Below, piece by piece: positions 1 to 8,387 of a stretch of DNA of 64,000 bases. The DNA lies in the NCBI GenBank assembly GCA_963696955.1, contig CAVOMF010000002.1:354044-418043 (forward strand). Direction: 5' to 3'. Below the pieces are notes generated by a model, which was given only the letters and a program-made list of their open reading frames with translations, was not told where the DNA came from and ran no database searches. This DNA comes from an uncultured Actinomycetes bacterium. GTDB lineage: Bacteria > Actinomycetota > Thermoleophilia > Solirubrobacterales > 70-9. The first letter of the stretch is position 1. Each line of letters begins with the position of its first letter. A program made the translations under genes and the position numbers.

Positions 1-523
1 TGCCGGTGGCCTCAGCTATCCGCTCAAGCGGCGCGTCTTCGATATAGCGCATGACGGCAATCCGGCGCTGCGAGGGATTCAACCCCGCCATGGCAGTGGC
101 AACATCGCCGTCTCCCCAGGGGGCGAGGCGCTCTTCGACGACCTCAGCGACGTCCGCCCCCTCTTTGGCAGATGCCGGTTCAGGTGCGAGTCCCTGAACC
201 TCCTCGGGCAGGGGCGGCAGCCAATGCTGATGCTCCCGGTTCACAGCGCCCCGCATGTAGAACTCGGCGTAGGCGGGGAATCCTGCGCGGTCGAGGTCGT
301 GGCGGCGTACGGCGCGTACGAGGGCGAGACGCGCAGCGTTCCGCAAGTCCTCCTGTAGCGTCGAGTTCTTGGTGGCCCGCTTGGCCAACCGATCAGCAAG
401 CGGCTCAAAACGGCGGACGATCTCGTTCATCGCGAACGTATCGTCGAGGTCGCTTGCCTGTGCCTTCCTGAGGAGGAAGTCGAGGCCAGCCGAGGTGTGA
501 TGCTTCGCTTCTTCGGACTCCAT
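1..523 (-). CDS. sigma-70 family RNA polymerase sigma factor (3' end runs off the window)
   Basis: Absent from the ORF track because it is open at the window edge. Reverse-strand ATG at 523-521 gives MESEEAKHHTSAGLDFLLRKAQ...NAARLALVRAVRRHDLDRAGFPAYAEFYMRGAV (region-2-like) and LNPSQRRIAVMRYIEDAPLERIAEATG (region-4 HTH-like). Confidence 0.6.
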   Translation of the reverse strand, partial: MESEEAKHHTSAGLDFLLRKAQASDLDDTFAMNEIVRRFEPLADRLAKRATKNSTLQEDLRNAARLALVRAVRRHDLDRAGFPAYAEFYMRGAVNREHQHWLPPLPEEVQGLAPEPASAKEGADVAEVVEERLAPWGDGDVATAMAGLNPSQRRIAVMRYIEDAPLERIAEATG

Positions 524-651
524 AGATGCTCCCTTCGTAGATGGTGAGGAAGGGAACCCCGAGGGGTCACGAAGCACTTTGGCTCGACACGTCGGTTGGC
601 CCAGTTACCCAGGCAGTGGACGAACCCTTCCGGCTTACAACTACATGATAA

Positions 652-678
652 ACCCGGGGGCAAGTCCTGCCCCCGGGT
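652..678 (-). terminator. intrinsic terminator-like hairpin after the GHKL ATPase gene
   Basis: Perfect 11-bp stem ACCCGGGGGCA/TGCCCCCGGGT with a 5-nt loop, 8 nt past the stop at 686. It is followed on the minus strand by TTTATCAT. Confidence 0.55.
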
Positions 679-685
679 ACTACCG

Positions 686-2479
686 CTAAGCGGCGACCTC
701 CTCTTCTTCGACCAAGCCAATCGTCTTGAGCTCGCTCAGGGCGTCGGCCAGCTTCGGGGACCACTCGCTTACGCGCTCCCGCTCGTAGAACTTGCGGCGG
801 TCCGACTCCGGGTCGGCGTCGACCTCTGCATTGCCAAGCGTCCACAACAGGACCTCGAGGCCAGCCCGAAGCCGAGGCGTCGCGCCAGGTCCCTCATACA
901 GATCGACATAGAAGGGATGAGCGACGTTGAGATAGAGAACGCGGGTGCCGCCCTCCTGAACGCATCGAAAGAAGGGTGCCCCTGGAAGGTCCTCGACCTC
1001 GACGGCGAGAGATGCACCCTCCCTGTCCGCCACCAGCTCGCGCTCGACCGCTTCCGGTTTCAGCCCTGACTTGGATGCACGCTTTTTCGCCTCCTTGTCG
1101 AGGTTGGATTTTGCCTCCGAACGCCTCTCGGTGGTGTCCTTGGGCTCGGGAGTCGTTGCGAATTTTTTCGCTCCTTTGACGGCTTCGATCGAGGCGCGTT
1201 CCTGCTGTTTTTTCTTTGCCTGCTCGGCCTCAGCGCGAATCTTCTTCGCTTCCTTTTCGTAGGCCGTCCGCATCGTTCCGATCGCTTTGAACAGGTTGGC
1301 CTTATCCGCCAGCATGTCCCAGACACGGTCGTCAGGCGTTACCTGCTGCTTCGACGTGGTGATCGAGAAGAGATCATCGAGACCAGGATCGAAATCCACC
1401 TCGACCGCCCAGAACCGATCCGTCGTGGCGTTGATCGATCCCAACCGTCGCGGCGGCCGCAGCACATCGATCTGCCTTCCTTTTCGCAGGAAGATGATCC
1501 CGTTGTTGGCGTCTGCGATCTCAAGCCGCTCGTTCGTATGTCCGCGACCCGGCTTGTTCGTGTGCTTGTAATCCGGGTCGCGAAAGAACGTCGCCGGCAT
1601 CCGCGCGAAGCGCACCTTCATGGTCCCCACGATCTCGCCGGTCTCCTTGTCCTTGACGGGCACCGTCGCCGGGTCCATCTCGATGGCTCGATCCCCGTCC
1701 AGGTCGTAGTAGCGGAACCCCTCGGTTAGGAAGAGTGGATCGCAAGGTTCGACATTGACGCCATCTACCTTCATCGGGGTCGCTAGAAGGTGATTGCGGT
1801 AGATAACTCCGAGATTCGTGACGAGGGTGTTTCGCAGCTCCTCACGCCGCCTGTAATCGATCCGATTCCCATCGAGGCGATCCCAGACGACAATCGTGCC
1901 GTGATCGAACTCGTCCCAGCGGCCTTCCTTCTTCAGGTACTCGATGACGAAAGCGGGCGGCTCTTGAACCTCCTCGGGCGGCATCTGGATTCGGTTGCCC
2001 TTGGTCCAATCGCCATCCCTGATCTCGTCAATGTCGAGATAGGCCCTGTTCCAGGTTCCTTCGGCGGTGCGTGAATAGACCTCGACGCGGTAGCACTGGC
2101 TGATCGAGGCGCTCGGCAAGCCGTAGCCGTACTTCCCAAACCCGGTTCGGTCTTCGGCGCGAGTTCCAGCCCCCCAAATCAAGGAGGCCCGCACCATCTT
2201 GCCGTCCATCCCATGCCCGTCGTCGATGATCGCCACCTGGGTCGGCTTGGCGCCCTTCTCAAAGCCGAAAACCACGTCGATTTTGGTTGCGCCCGCCTGG
2301 ATCGAGTTGTCGCCCAGCTCGGCCAACGCAAAGGCCGTGCTCTTGTAGCCGATATCCCGCATTCCTCGGACGAAGGCATCGCCGACCATCAGGTCCCAGC
2401 CGAATTCCTCGGACTCCAGATGGTGGATGTAGTCGCGCTGCTCTTGGAGACCTCGGGGAACTTCAACCTGCTTCTTCAT
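686..2479 (-). CDS. GHKL-superfamily (MORC / HATPase_c_3-like) ATPase with a charged coiled-coil and an unknown C-terminal domain
   Basis: 597-aa ORF. Bergerat-fold motifs ELGDNSIQAGA, IIDDGHGMD and GFGKYGYGLPSAS, then a K/E-rich segment AYEKEAKKIRAEAEQAKKKQQE. Confidence 0.75.
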   Translation of the reverse strand: MKKQVEVPRGLQEQRDYIHHLESEEFGWDLMVGDAFVRGMRDIGYKSTAFALAELGDNSIQAGATKIDVVFGFEKGAKPTQVAIIDDGHGMDGKMVRASLIWGAGTRAEDRTGFGKYGYGLPSASISQCYRVEVYSRTAEGTWNRAYLDIDEIRDGDWTKGNRIQMPPEEVQEPPAFVIEYLKKEGRWDEFDHGTIVVWDRLDGNRIDYRRREELRNTLVTNLGVIYRNHLLATPMKVDGVNVEPCDPLFLTEGFRYYDLDGDRAIEMDPATVPVKDKETGEIVGTMKVRFARMPATFFRDPDYKHTNKPGRGHTNERLEIADANNGIIFLRKGRQIDVLRPPRRLGSINATTDRFWAVEVDFDPGLDDLFSITTSKQQVTPDDRVWDMLADKANLFKAIGTMRTAYEKEAKKIRAEAEQAKKKQQERASIEAVKGAKKFATTPEPKDTTERRSEAKSNLDKEAKKRASKSGLKPEAVERELVADREGASLAVEVEDLPGAPFFRCVQEGGTRVLYLNVAHPFYVDLYEGPGATPRLRAGLEVLLWTLGNAEVDADPESDRRKFYERERVSEWSPKLADALSELKTIGLVEEEEVAA

Positions 2480-2577
2480 GCTGCTTTCCTTTCAATAGGG
2501 CGAGCGCGGTTGGCCCACCGTTGAGGACTTACATAAGAGAAGAGACATCTGAGGCTGCGTTGACTTAAGGGCCAGCT

Positions 2578-3078
2578 ATGAACGAGCAACTAGAGCAGAG
2601 GCAAGAGCGGGCGCTGGAGCGCTTGCGGGAGATTGAGCGGCAACTTCCGAGCTTGCTAGATGCGCTGATCACTGCGCCGTCATATCGCCGTGCTCGAAGA
2701 CCAGCCGTCCCAAAGATGCCGGGGGTCTATCTCTTCACCGAGAAGGGCGTCCATCGCTACATCGGGCGCACCCGAAATGCCAACCGGCGGCTCGGTGAAC
2801 ACATTCAGAAGAGCTCCCCGCAGAATTCCGCTCCCTTTGCTTTCAACATCGCGAAGGCAGAAGCTGCACGGGAAGGGATCGAGTTCATCGGGACTCGCGA
2901 CGAGATCGCGGCTACCCCCGAGTTTGCTCCGTACTTTCAGCAGGCCAAGGAACGCATTCGGGCTATGGACTTCCAGGTCATCGAGATCGCCGATCCAGTC
3001 TTGTCGACGATCTTTGAGGTCTATGCCGCAGTCGCGCTTGAGACGGAGGGGGACTTCAATCTCTTTGAGACCCATTAG
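2578..3078 (+). CDS. GIY-YIG nuclease family protein
   Basis: 166 aa. PGVYLFTEKGVHRYIGRTRNANRRLGEH supplies the GIY, YIG, Arg and Glu core. Divergent from the GHKL ATPase across a 98-bp spacer. Confidence 0.7.
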   Translation: MNEQLEQRQERALERLREIERQLPSLLDALITAPSYRRARRPAVPKMPGVYLFTEKGVHRYIGRTRNANRRLGEHIQKSSPQNSAPFAFNIAKAEAAREGIEFIGTRDEIAATPEFAPYFQQAKERIRAMDFQVIEIADPVLSTIFEVYAAVALETEGDFNLFETH

Positions 3079-3215
3079 TCGCTAGGGGGATCTCCTTGCC
3101 CAGGCATTTCCTTGAGGAGAAGCCTCAATCGCTCCATGAAGTCGGGGTTCGACAGACGTCCACCCAACTCCATCGGAGGAAGTCCCTGCACACGGGAATG
3201 TGTGATGGGCCACAT
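3075..3215 (-). CDS. possible 46-aa ORF inside repeat copy A (function unknown)
   Basis: MWPITHSRVQGLPPMELGGRLSNPDFMERLRLLLKEMPGQGDPPSD. Copy B encodes a recognisably similar peptide (MQGVLPMELGG*LSKHDFQDRAKKLLAAMKKRAG) with an in-frame TGA. The substitution pattern looks protein-like. Confidence 0.25.
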   Translation of the reverse strand: MWPITHSRVQGLPPMELGGRLSNPDFMERLRLLLKEMPGQGDPPSD

Positions 3216-3244
3216 CACAATTAACCGGCCCCGGATTTCTCTCC

Positions 3245-3270
3245 AAACTCAGGCACTTGTGCCTGAGTTT
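3245..3270. promoter_or_regulatory. 26-bp perfect palindrome upstream of hicBA (candidate operator)
   Basis: AAACTCAGGCAC-TT-GTGCCTGAGTTT, about 90 bp upstream of the hicB ATG. A second 7-bp inverted repeat TGTGATG-n5-CATCACA lies at 3201-3219. Confidence 0.4.
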
Positions 3271-3361
3271 CGCGGATTACCGCCGATATACGCCGATTAC
3301 GGAGCTGTTCCGGCTTGGATCCCGGCGACAGCGGAGCTAGAGGCGCGTAAGCTTCAAGGCC

Positions 3362-3586
3362 ATGAGCATCGAGCGCGAGTACGAGATCATCCTGCAGCCG
3401 GAGCCCGAAGGCGGCTTCAGCGTCTTCGTGCCTGAGCTGCCCAGCGTCGCCACTCAGGGCGAGACGATTGAGGAAGCGACCGAGATGGCCAAGGAGGCAA
3501 TCGAGGCCTATCTCGAGGTGATGCACGAAGACAGCCTCCCGATCCCGGCCGTCCACCGCAGCAGCGTCGCCGTCCACGCGGCGTGA
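3362..3586 (+). CDS. hicB: HicB-family antitoxin
   Basis: 74 aa. YEIILQPEPEGGFSVFVPELPSVATQGETIEEATEMAKEAIEAYLE is the typical HicB N-terminal fold sequence. It overlaps the next gene by 4 nt. Confidence 0.8.
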   Translation: MSIEREYEIILQPEPEGGFSVFVPELPSVATQGETIEEATEMAKEAIEAYLEVMHEDSLPIPAVHRSSVAVHAA

Positions 3587-3816
3587 GCCCCAAGCTTCCG
3601 GCGGTTAGCGGCAAGCAAGTTATTGCCGCCCTCGAAAAGGAAGGCTGGTACGTCAAGCGGGTCCGCGGCAGCCACCACGTCCTTCGGCATCCTGACATTC
3701 CCGATGCGATCCCGGTACCGGTTCATGGGAGCCGGCCGATCAAGCGCGGCACTCTCGCAAGCATCTTGCGAGCCGCCGGGATCAGTCGGGAAGCGTTCGG
3801 GAGGCTACTTCGCTAA
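3583..3816 (+). CDS. hicA: HicA-family mRNA interferase toxin
   Basis: 77 aa. SGKQVIAALEKEGWYVKRVRGSHHVLRHP matches the HicA/YcfA pattern (G-W....GSH). GTG start overlaps the hicB stop. Confidence 0.8.
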   Translation: MSPKLPAVSGKQVIAALEKEGWYVKRVRGSHHVLRHPDIPDAIPVPVHGSRPIKRGTLASILRAAGISREAFGRLLR

Positions 3817-4069
3817 TGGCAAGGGAAATTTGGTTGCTCGGGAATGCCACTGCGTCCCATATGAGCGGTGCATTCTGGCTATGGGCTGGCTGCGCTCCCC
3901 GCGTTGTCACGGACGTTTGCCGCGGCCGCTTCGGCATTCCCCGGTCATAGAGGGACTCGCCAGACGCCGCCGGCCTGTCGCTTGAGCGCCAAGCACGCCA
4001 CTCCAATTGCCTCCTGGTAGATCTCATAACGAGCCAGAAGCCCTAGGAGAGCGGTCCGAGATCGTGCGG

Positions 4070-5806
4070 CTAATCGCTCTGGACTGCAAGCGTGCCCATG
4101 TAAGGCAAAGCCTCTAGCTGAGATAGGAAAGTCGGAAAGTCTTCGATCCGGGTTCGGGGATCCTCCTCTAGTTTGAAATCGCGAATCCATTTGCGCATCA
4201 CCGATCGAACCTCATCACTCTCAACGCTACTGTCGAGCTGGCCATCGATCTCCTCGATGAGCATCGAGACAGCTTCCTTACGTGGGGCTTCACGGTTGTC
4301 GGAGATGAAGCGACGCTTGGCGCGGTTGACCCTGCTCCGAATTCGCTCTTCGCTCGCTTCGCGATTGGCGTGTCGTTGCATCTTCGCAAGAAGACGAAGC
4401 AGAACGACAAAATTCTGCTTGACAGCAGCGCGAGCTGGTGAATCGGCCGGGGAACTCTCAATCGCCGCTAGGAGACTGCGCGCAAAACCGATCTTGTCAA
4501 GGTCGAACTCGTCCTCTTTGAGAAACGAACGAACCGCCGACTCGACTCCAGCATGACTATCAGAGCCATCGCTGAACACCTCGGCCGAATCGGGAGCAAA
4601 GTCGCTCATATTCTGTGAGATCCCTACTTCTGAGCAATAGAGCCGAGCGGCCTCTATTGCGAGCTCTAGCGGTACGAGATCCTCAATGCCGACAGGCCCG
4701 TTCGGATTCTCCGCAGTAAGTCCATTTAGTGCCTCATCGTTTAGCCGAACGACGTAGTCATCCTTGATCAGCTTCTTATTCCGTGGGCCACCTTTGCTTA
4801 GCGCCTTCCTTGCTCTGGCCCCTGGCTCGTCCCCATCCAGGAGGACGATTACCGGGGGGCGGTCGACGTCGCGCCCTCTGGCCAGGAAAGCCAGATAGGG
4901 AATATGAGACGCTCCGCCAGCCGGGACTAAAGTAATCGTATTCAAGTCGAGCCGCTCGGTATTGGCAACACCTTCACGGGTCAATAGGCTCGATAGCCCA
5001 GCGATGAGAATCTGGTCTGATGGCCCCTCGATCATCAGGTTGCAGGTGCCGATAAAGGCGGTCTCGCCGACAAAACCTCCTAGAGCCGACCTGAGTGGCT
5101 CGTAGTGATTACGTGAAGCGTTCTTAACCACGCGAGTCCCCTCGTCATGCTCACCCTTCTCCAACACTCTTATCCGATCAGCATGATTCTTGTCGATCAA
5201 GAACGGTGAGTGAGTGACGTAGACGACCTGTATCGGCCGAACAGCCTCAGCCTCTGGTTCCGCGAAACTAGAGAATATGCGGAGCAGGTCCTGCTGGCCC
5301 GATGAAGACAAATAAGCATCGGGCTCATCCATGAGAAGAATCTCTGGTCTACCGTCCTCAGGAGGCGTATGGGAAAGCGACTGGACGAAGTAGCTCAGAA
5401 AGTATTTGAGTCCTGCACTGCGCTCATCGAACGAGTAGCTTTTCCCAGTGCGATCATGAATTAGAAAGACGAGCTGGTCGAGATTCAGAGCAACTACGAG
5501 GCGAAACGCGCTGTCCTGCGACCACCAGTGTGGAAAATTGAGGCTGTTGGAAAGTTCTTCATTAACCTTGTCAACAATGCTCTTCGCGTAGCCGTTTCGC
5601 TCTTCACCCACCGCCTTTTGCAGCTCGACAAAAAGGCCTCTGTCGAGTCCGGCAATATTGATCAGCAGATCGCTCGCGAGTTCGTACTTCCTCACAAGGC
5701 TCTTATTCGGCTCCCGAGCTTCATTGAAGATCGCCATTACGTCGTCTGCTGAAGCACGCAAAGTGCGAGATTTCCGATTTGTACAAACAGATTTTGAACT
5801 TGGCAA
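4070..5806 (-). pseudogene. OLD-family ABC-ATPase + Toprim nuclease, 5'-truncated (no Walker A)
   Basis: ERSAGLKYFLSYF (signature-like), ILLMDEPDAYLS (Walker B), YVTHSPF (H-loop), then Toprim MIEGPSDQ and VLLDGDEPG. No P-loop exists: the frame closes at a stop at 5918-5920 and the upstream sequence is non-coding-like. GC is much lower than in the surroundings. Confidence 0.65.
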
Positions 5807-5917
5807 TAGATGGGGGATCGGGATACCTTCGAGGCAAGCTGAAGGAGGACAACCCGGTGACGCAAGGCCGCCGTCGCCTCTACGGGAGGTGGGCGTGATG
5901 GGGTGAAGTCTCTGCCG

Positions 5918-6173
5918 TCATCCGGCGCGCTTCTTCATTGCAGCTAGGAGCTTCTTGGCCCTATCCTGGAAGTCGTGTTTCGAGAGTCATCCACCTAGCT
6001 CCATCGGCAGAACCCCCTGCATGTCGCAATATCGGGTTCCGGCAAGCGTTTAAACCGAGACCCAAAATCCCCTTCCCATCAGGCAGAAACTGCCAGATGG
6101 GTGTCATATGCGGCGATTCGCGCCGATTGCCCTTGATTCCGCTCGCCTTGGCCGGCGACCAGAGCTAAGACGT
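5918..6173. repeat. copy B of the repeated intergenic module
   Basis: See copy A. Contains the imperfect palindrome CCCATCAGGCAG-AAA-CTGCCAGATGGG (6075-6101, 11 of 12 bp), tandem GGCGATT/GCCGATT, and a stop-interrupted homologue of the copy-A small ORF. Confidence 0.55.
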
Positions 6174-6306
6174 CCGTAACGGCCCCGCGAGGCGAGGCCC
6201 CAACGGAATCAGGAGAGGTGCCGAGGGGTCGCCACGCTACTCAAGCGCCTGAACATCTTTGCCATCCTTGCAAGGTTTCTCAGTCTTTCTGCCACTAGAG
6301 CAATAG

Positions 6307-6918
6307 ATGGACACTGAGCCAAGCGAAAGACGAGACCTCGTTGCCGATCAGGTGCGGCGGTTTCGTCAGGGGGATGGCGACGCGGCCGAGCCGCTGGCTC
6401 GCCGTGCGCTTCGCATATCCCTTCGCACCGCATCTGCCCTGATGCGAAGTCGGGAGGATGCCGCAGACGTTGCCCAGGAGGTTGCCGTAGACGTCCTGAG
6501 CTCGCTGGGAAAGCTCCGCGACCCCGAAGCTTTCGATGCTTGGGTGCACCGCATAACCGTGCGCCACGCCATGCGCCGGCTGAAGAAGGAGCGAAGGGCG
6601 CGGAAATTCGAGGCGCAGCTCGCGCGCTTGGACGAGGAGAGCTTACTCGGGGCGATCCCGAACAGCGACATCGACTCCAAGCTCGCCGCGCGGCAAGGTC
6701 TGGTCGAAGCCCTCTCGCGACTGCCGGAAAGACAACGCGTGGCGCTCGCGCTTCGCTACGTCCACGACCTTTCCGACGCCGAAATCGCCGCCGCTCTCGG
6801 CTGCCGGGTGGGCACCGTCCACGCTCTTTTGTCTCGCGGCCGCAAGGCGCTTCGTGAAGATCACCAACTCGTCGAGGTCAGCGTCGACCTAAAGGAAGGT
6901 AACCATGTCCACCCATGA
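6307..6918 (+). CDS. ECF (sigma-24 type) RNA polymerase sigma factor
   Basis: DAADVAQEVAVDVLSSLGKLRDPEAFDAWVHRITVRHAMRRLKKE (region 2) and LPERQRVALALRYVHDLSDAEIAAALGCRVGTVHALLSRGRKAL (region 4). Confidence 0.85.
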   Translation: MDTEPSERRDLVADQVRRFRQGDGDAAEPLARRALRISLRTASALMRSREDAADVAQEVAVDVLSSLGKLRDPEAFDAWVHRITVRHAMRRLKKERRARKFEAQLARLDEESLLGAIPNSDIDSKLAARQGLVEALSRLPERQRVALALRYVHDLSDAEIAAALGCRVGTVHALLSRGRKALREDHQLVEVSVDLKEGNHVHP

Positions 6919-7733
6919 TGAGTCTCTTGCTAGAGCATTTGCTCCGGTTCGGGATATAGAGCCGGATGAGGGCCTTGTTGCGCGCGTGGTCGCGCAGGTG
7001 AGCCGAAAGAAGAAGGCACCGCGGCGTTTCGCCCTCGCACCCTCGCGGCCGCGTTTCGCCTTGCAGGCTCTTATGGTGCTGGCACTGGTCGGAGCGACCC
7101 TCTACTCGGTGCCGGCCACCCGGGCGGCGATCGAAGAAACGGGGGGGAGGCGTCGGCGACGTTTTCTCCGGTTGGCTAGGCGGCCATCATGCTGAAGCTC
7201 CTGGCACGCCTCTCGGCTCGGGTGAAGCAGCGCCCGAATACCTCTACGACCACTACTCCGCCAAGGAACCGCGGGTGATCGCCGAAGCTGGCGGCTACAA
7301 GCTCTATGCGTACATCGGCGCCTCCGGCGGCCTTGGCTTCGAGCTTGGCGACACGGGTGTCGGCATGGGCTTTGAAAGCGCGACGGAACTCGGCGATGCC
7401 CCATTGCATGTCCTGGGTCCAGGGGCAATGCAGCACGCTGACTCGCAGGGCCATGTCCCCCTGTTCGGAATCGCTGCTCAGTCGGTGAGCAGTGTCGAGC
7501 TCACCTATGCCTCCGGGTCGCCGCTTCGGGTTTCTGAAGTCGACGGGGGCTTCGTCTTGCTCGCGGAACCAAGTCGCGGGCCAATCGAAGTGATCGCCTT
7601 CGATGCGAGCGGAAAGGCAAAAGGCGGACAACTTGTTGATGACTCGTCTCATCCAGGGCCGCAAATCGATTGGAATAGCTATGAGCCGTCAGGGAGCCCT
7701 GAATATGCGCCATCAGGTAGCCCCGAACCCTGA
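6905..7733 (+). pseudogene. putative membrane anti-sigma factor, frame broken at a G7 run
   Basis: Overlaps the sigma gene stop. The N-part (6905 frame) has a TM segment ALQALMVLALVGATLYSV. After GGGGGGG at 7141-7147 the sensible sequence continues in the +1 frame (GVGDVFSGWLGGHHAEAPG...YKLYAYIGASGG... to 7733). Confidence 0.55.
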
Positions 7734-7766
7734 ATCCCCAAGGGCACGCTCCAATAGCTTCGTCTT

Positions 7767-7791
7767 TGCGGTTCGAATCCGCCTAGCCTCC
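7767..7791 (+). other. tRNA 3'-end-like fragment (possible att remnant)
   Basis: GCGGTTCGAATCCGC is a canonical T-arm/T-loop, followed by 7 nt plus a discriminator. No matching acceptor 5' strand, D arm or anticodon arm lies upstream, so this is not a functional tRNA. Confidence 0.25.
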
Positions 7792-8387
7792 GGAATCCGC
7801 TCCTAAAAGAACCTATGCCCAACGGTCACGGCGATCGGGGGGCGTGTAGGGCAGGAGGTTGTAATGGGCAAGACGAAAACGAAAGCCGCTCTCGCGAAAC
7901 GCAGCCCGGGCAAAAGGCTCCGGCCGGGTCAGACTGGATGGCCTCGTCCTCGGCTACATGAAGAACACAAAGGCGAGCTGCCGAGCGTGAAGGACTAGGT
8001 GGAGCCCGACTCCTGTGCGCTGCGCAGTGGGATGCACGAACACCATCGAGGCGTGCAGGAGCGAGGGATCGAGCGACGCTACGAACGGCAGTGCGTCTGG
8101 AGCTGAGAGTTTCGCGCGTGTTCACCGCCTGGCTCGCGTTTTTCACGAGTCGGCAGGTGAAGCCTGACGAAGGACTTGCCGATCTCGCCGCCGAAAACTG
8201 CGGCTACCTCACGATCGAGGAAGTCGAGAAGACCGGGATTGACCCGCACCGCAGCGCAGGGTGGCCTTTTCCGACTTGCGGAAAATCGGCTGGCGTTCTC
8301 CTGCCACCTTGAGCCCAGATATCGTTTTCTTCGCTGACGCCGTTCTGCCTCGCCGAGTCTGTCTCGCTTCGTTGAAAGACTCGGCGC

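Larger units (their letters stand above)
3075..3345. repeat. copy A of a roughly 250-270 bp repeated intergenic module
   Basis: Alignable in blocks with 5918-6173. Shared blocks are GAAGTCG..TCGA.AG, TCCACC.A.CTCCATCGG, CCCTGCA, a CAGGCA/TGCCTG-core palindrome, tandem GCCGAT(T/A) 10 bp apart, and GGCGAC...GAGCTA.GA. The anchors are about 205-208 bp apart in both copies. Confidence 0.55.

Noticed and set aside
3817-4069. ORF fragments between hicA and the OLD gene end (for example ...LLGLLARYEIYQEAIGVACLALKRQAGG)
   Set aside because: They have no start context and no recognisable family, and they partly overlap the OLD C-terminus in another frame. The region is treated as non-coding or decayed.
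7700-7795. A complete tRNA gene around the GGTTCGAATCC motif
   Set aside because: I could not build an acceptor stem, D arm or anticodon arm from the upstream 60 nt, and the T stem has only 4 clean pairs. It is kept only as a possible att-like fragment.
7860-8330. Pieces resembling a small wHTH/MarR-like gene (KRLRPGQ / LDGLVLGYMKN / GELPSVKD / ERRYE) and the 8091-8312 ORF
   Set aside because: The fragments lie in different frames with stops between them, and the resemblance rests only on memory of a sequence pattern. That is not enough to call a gene or pseudogene.
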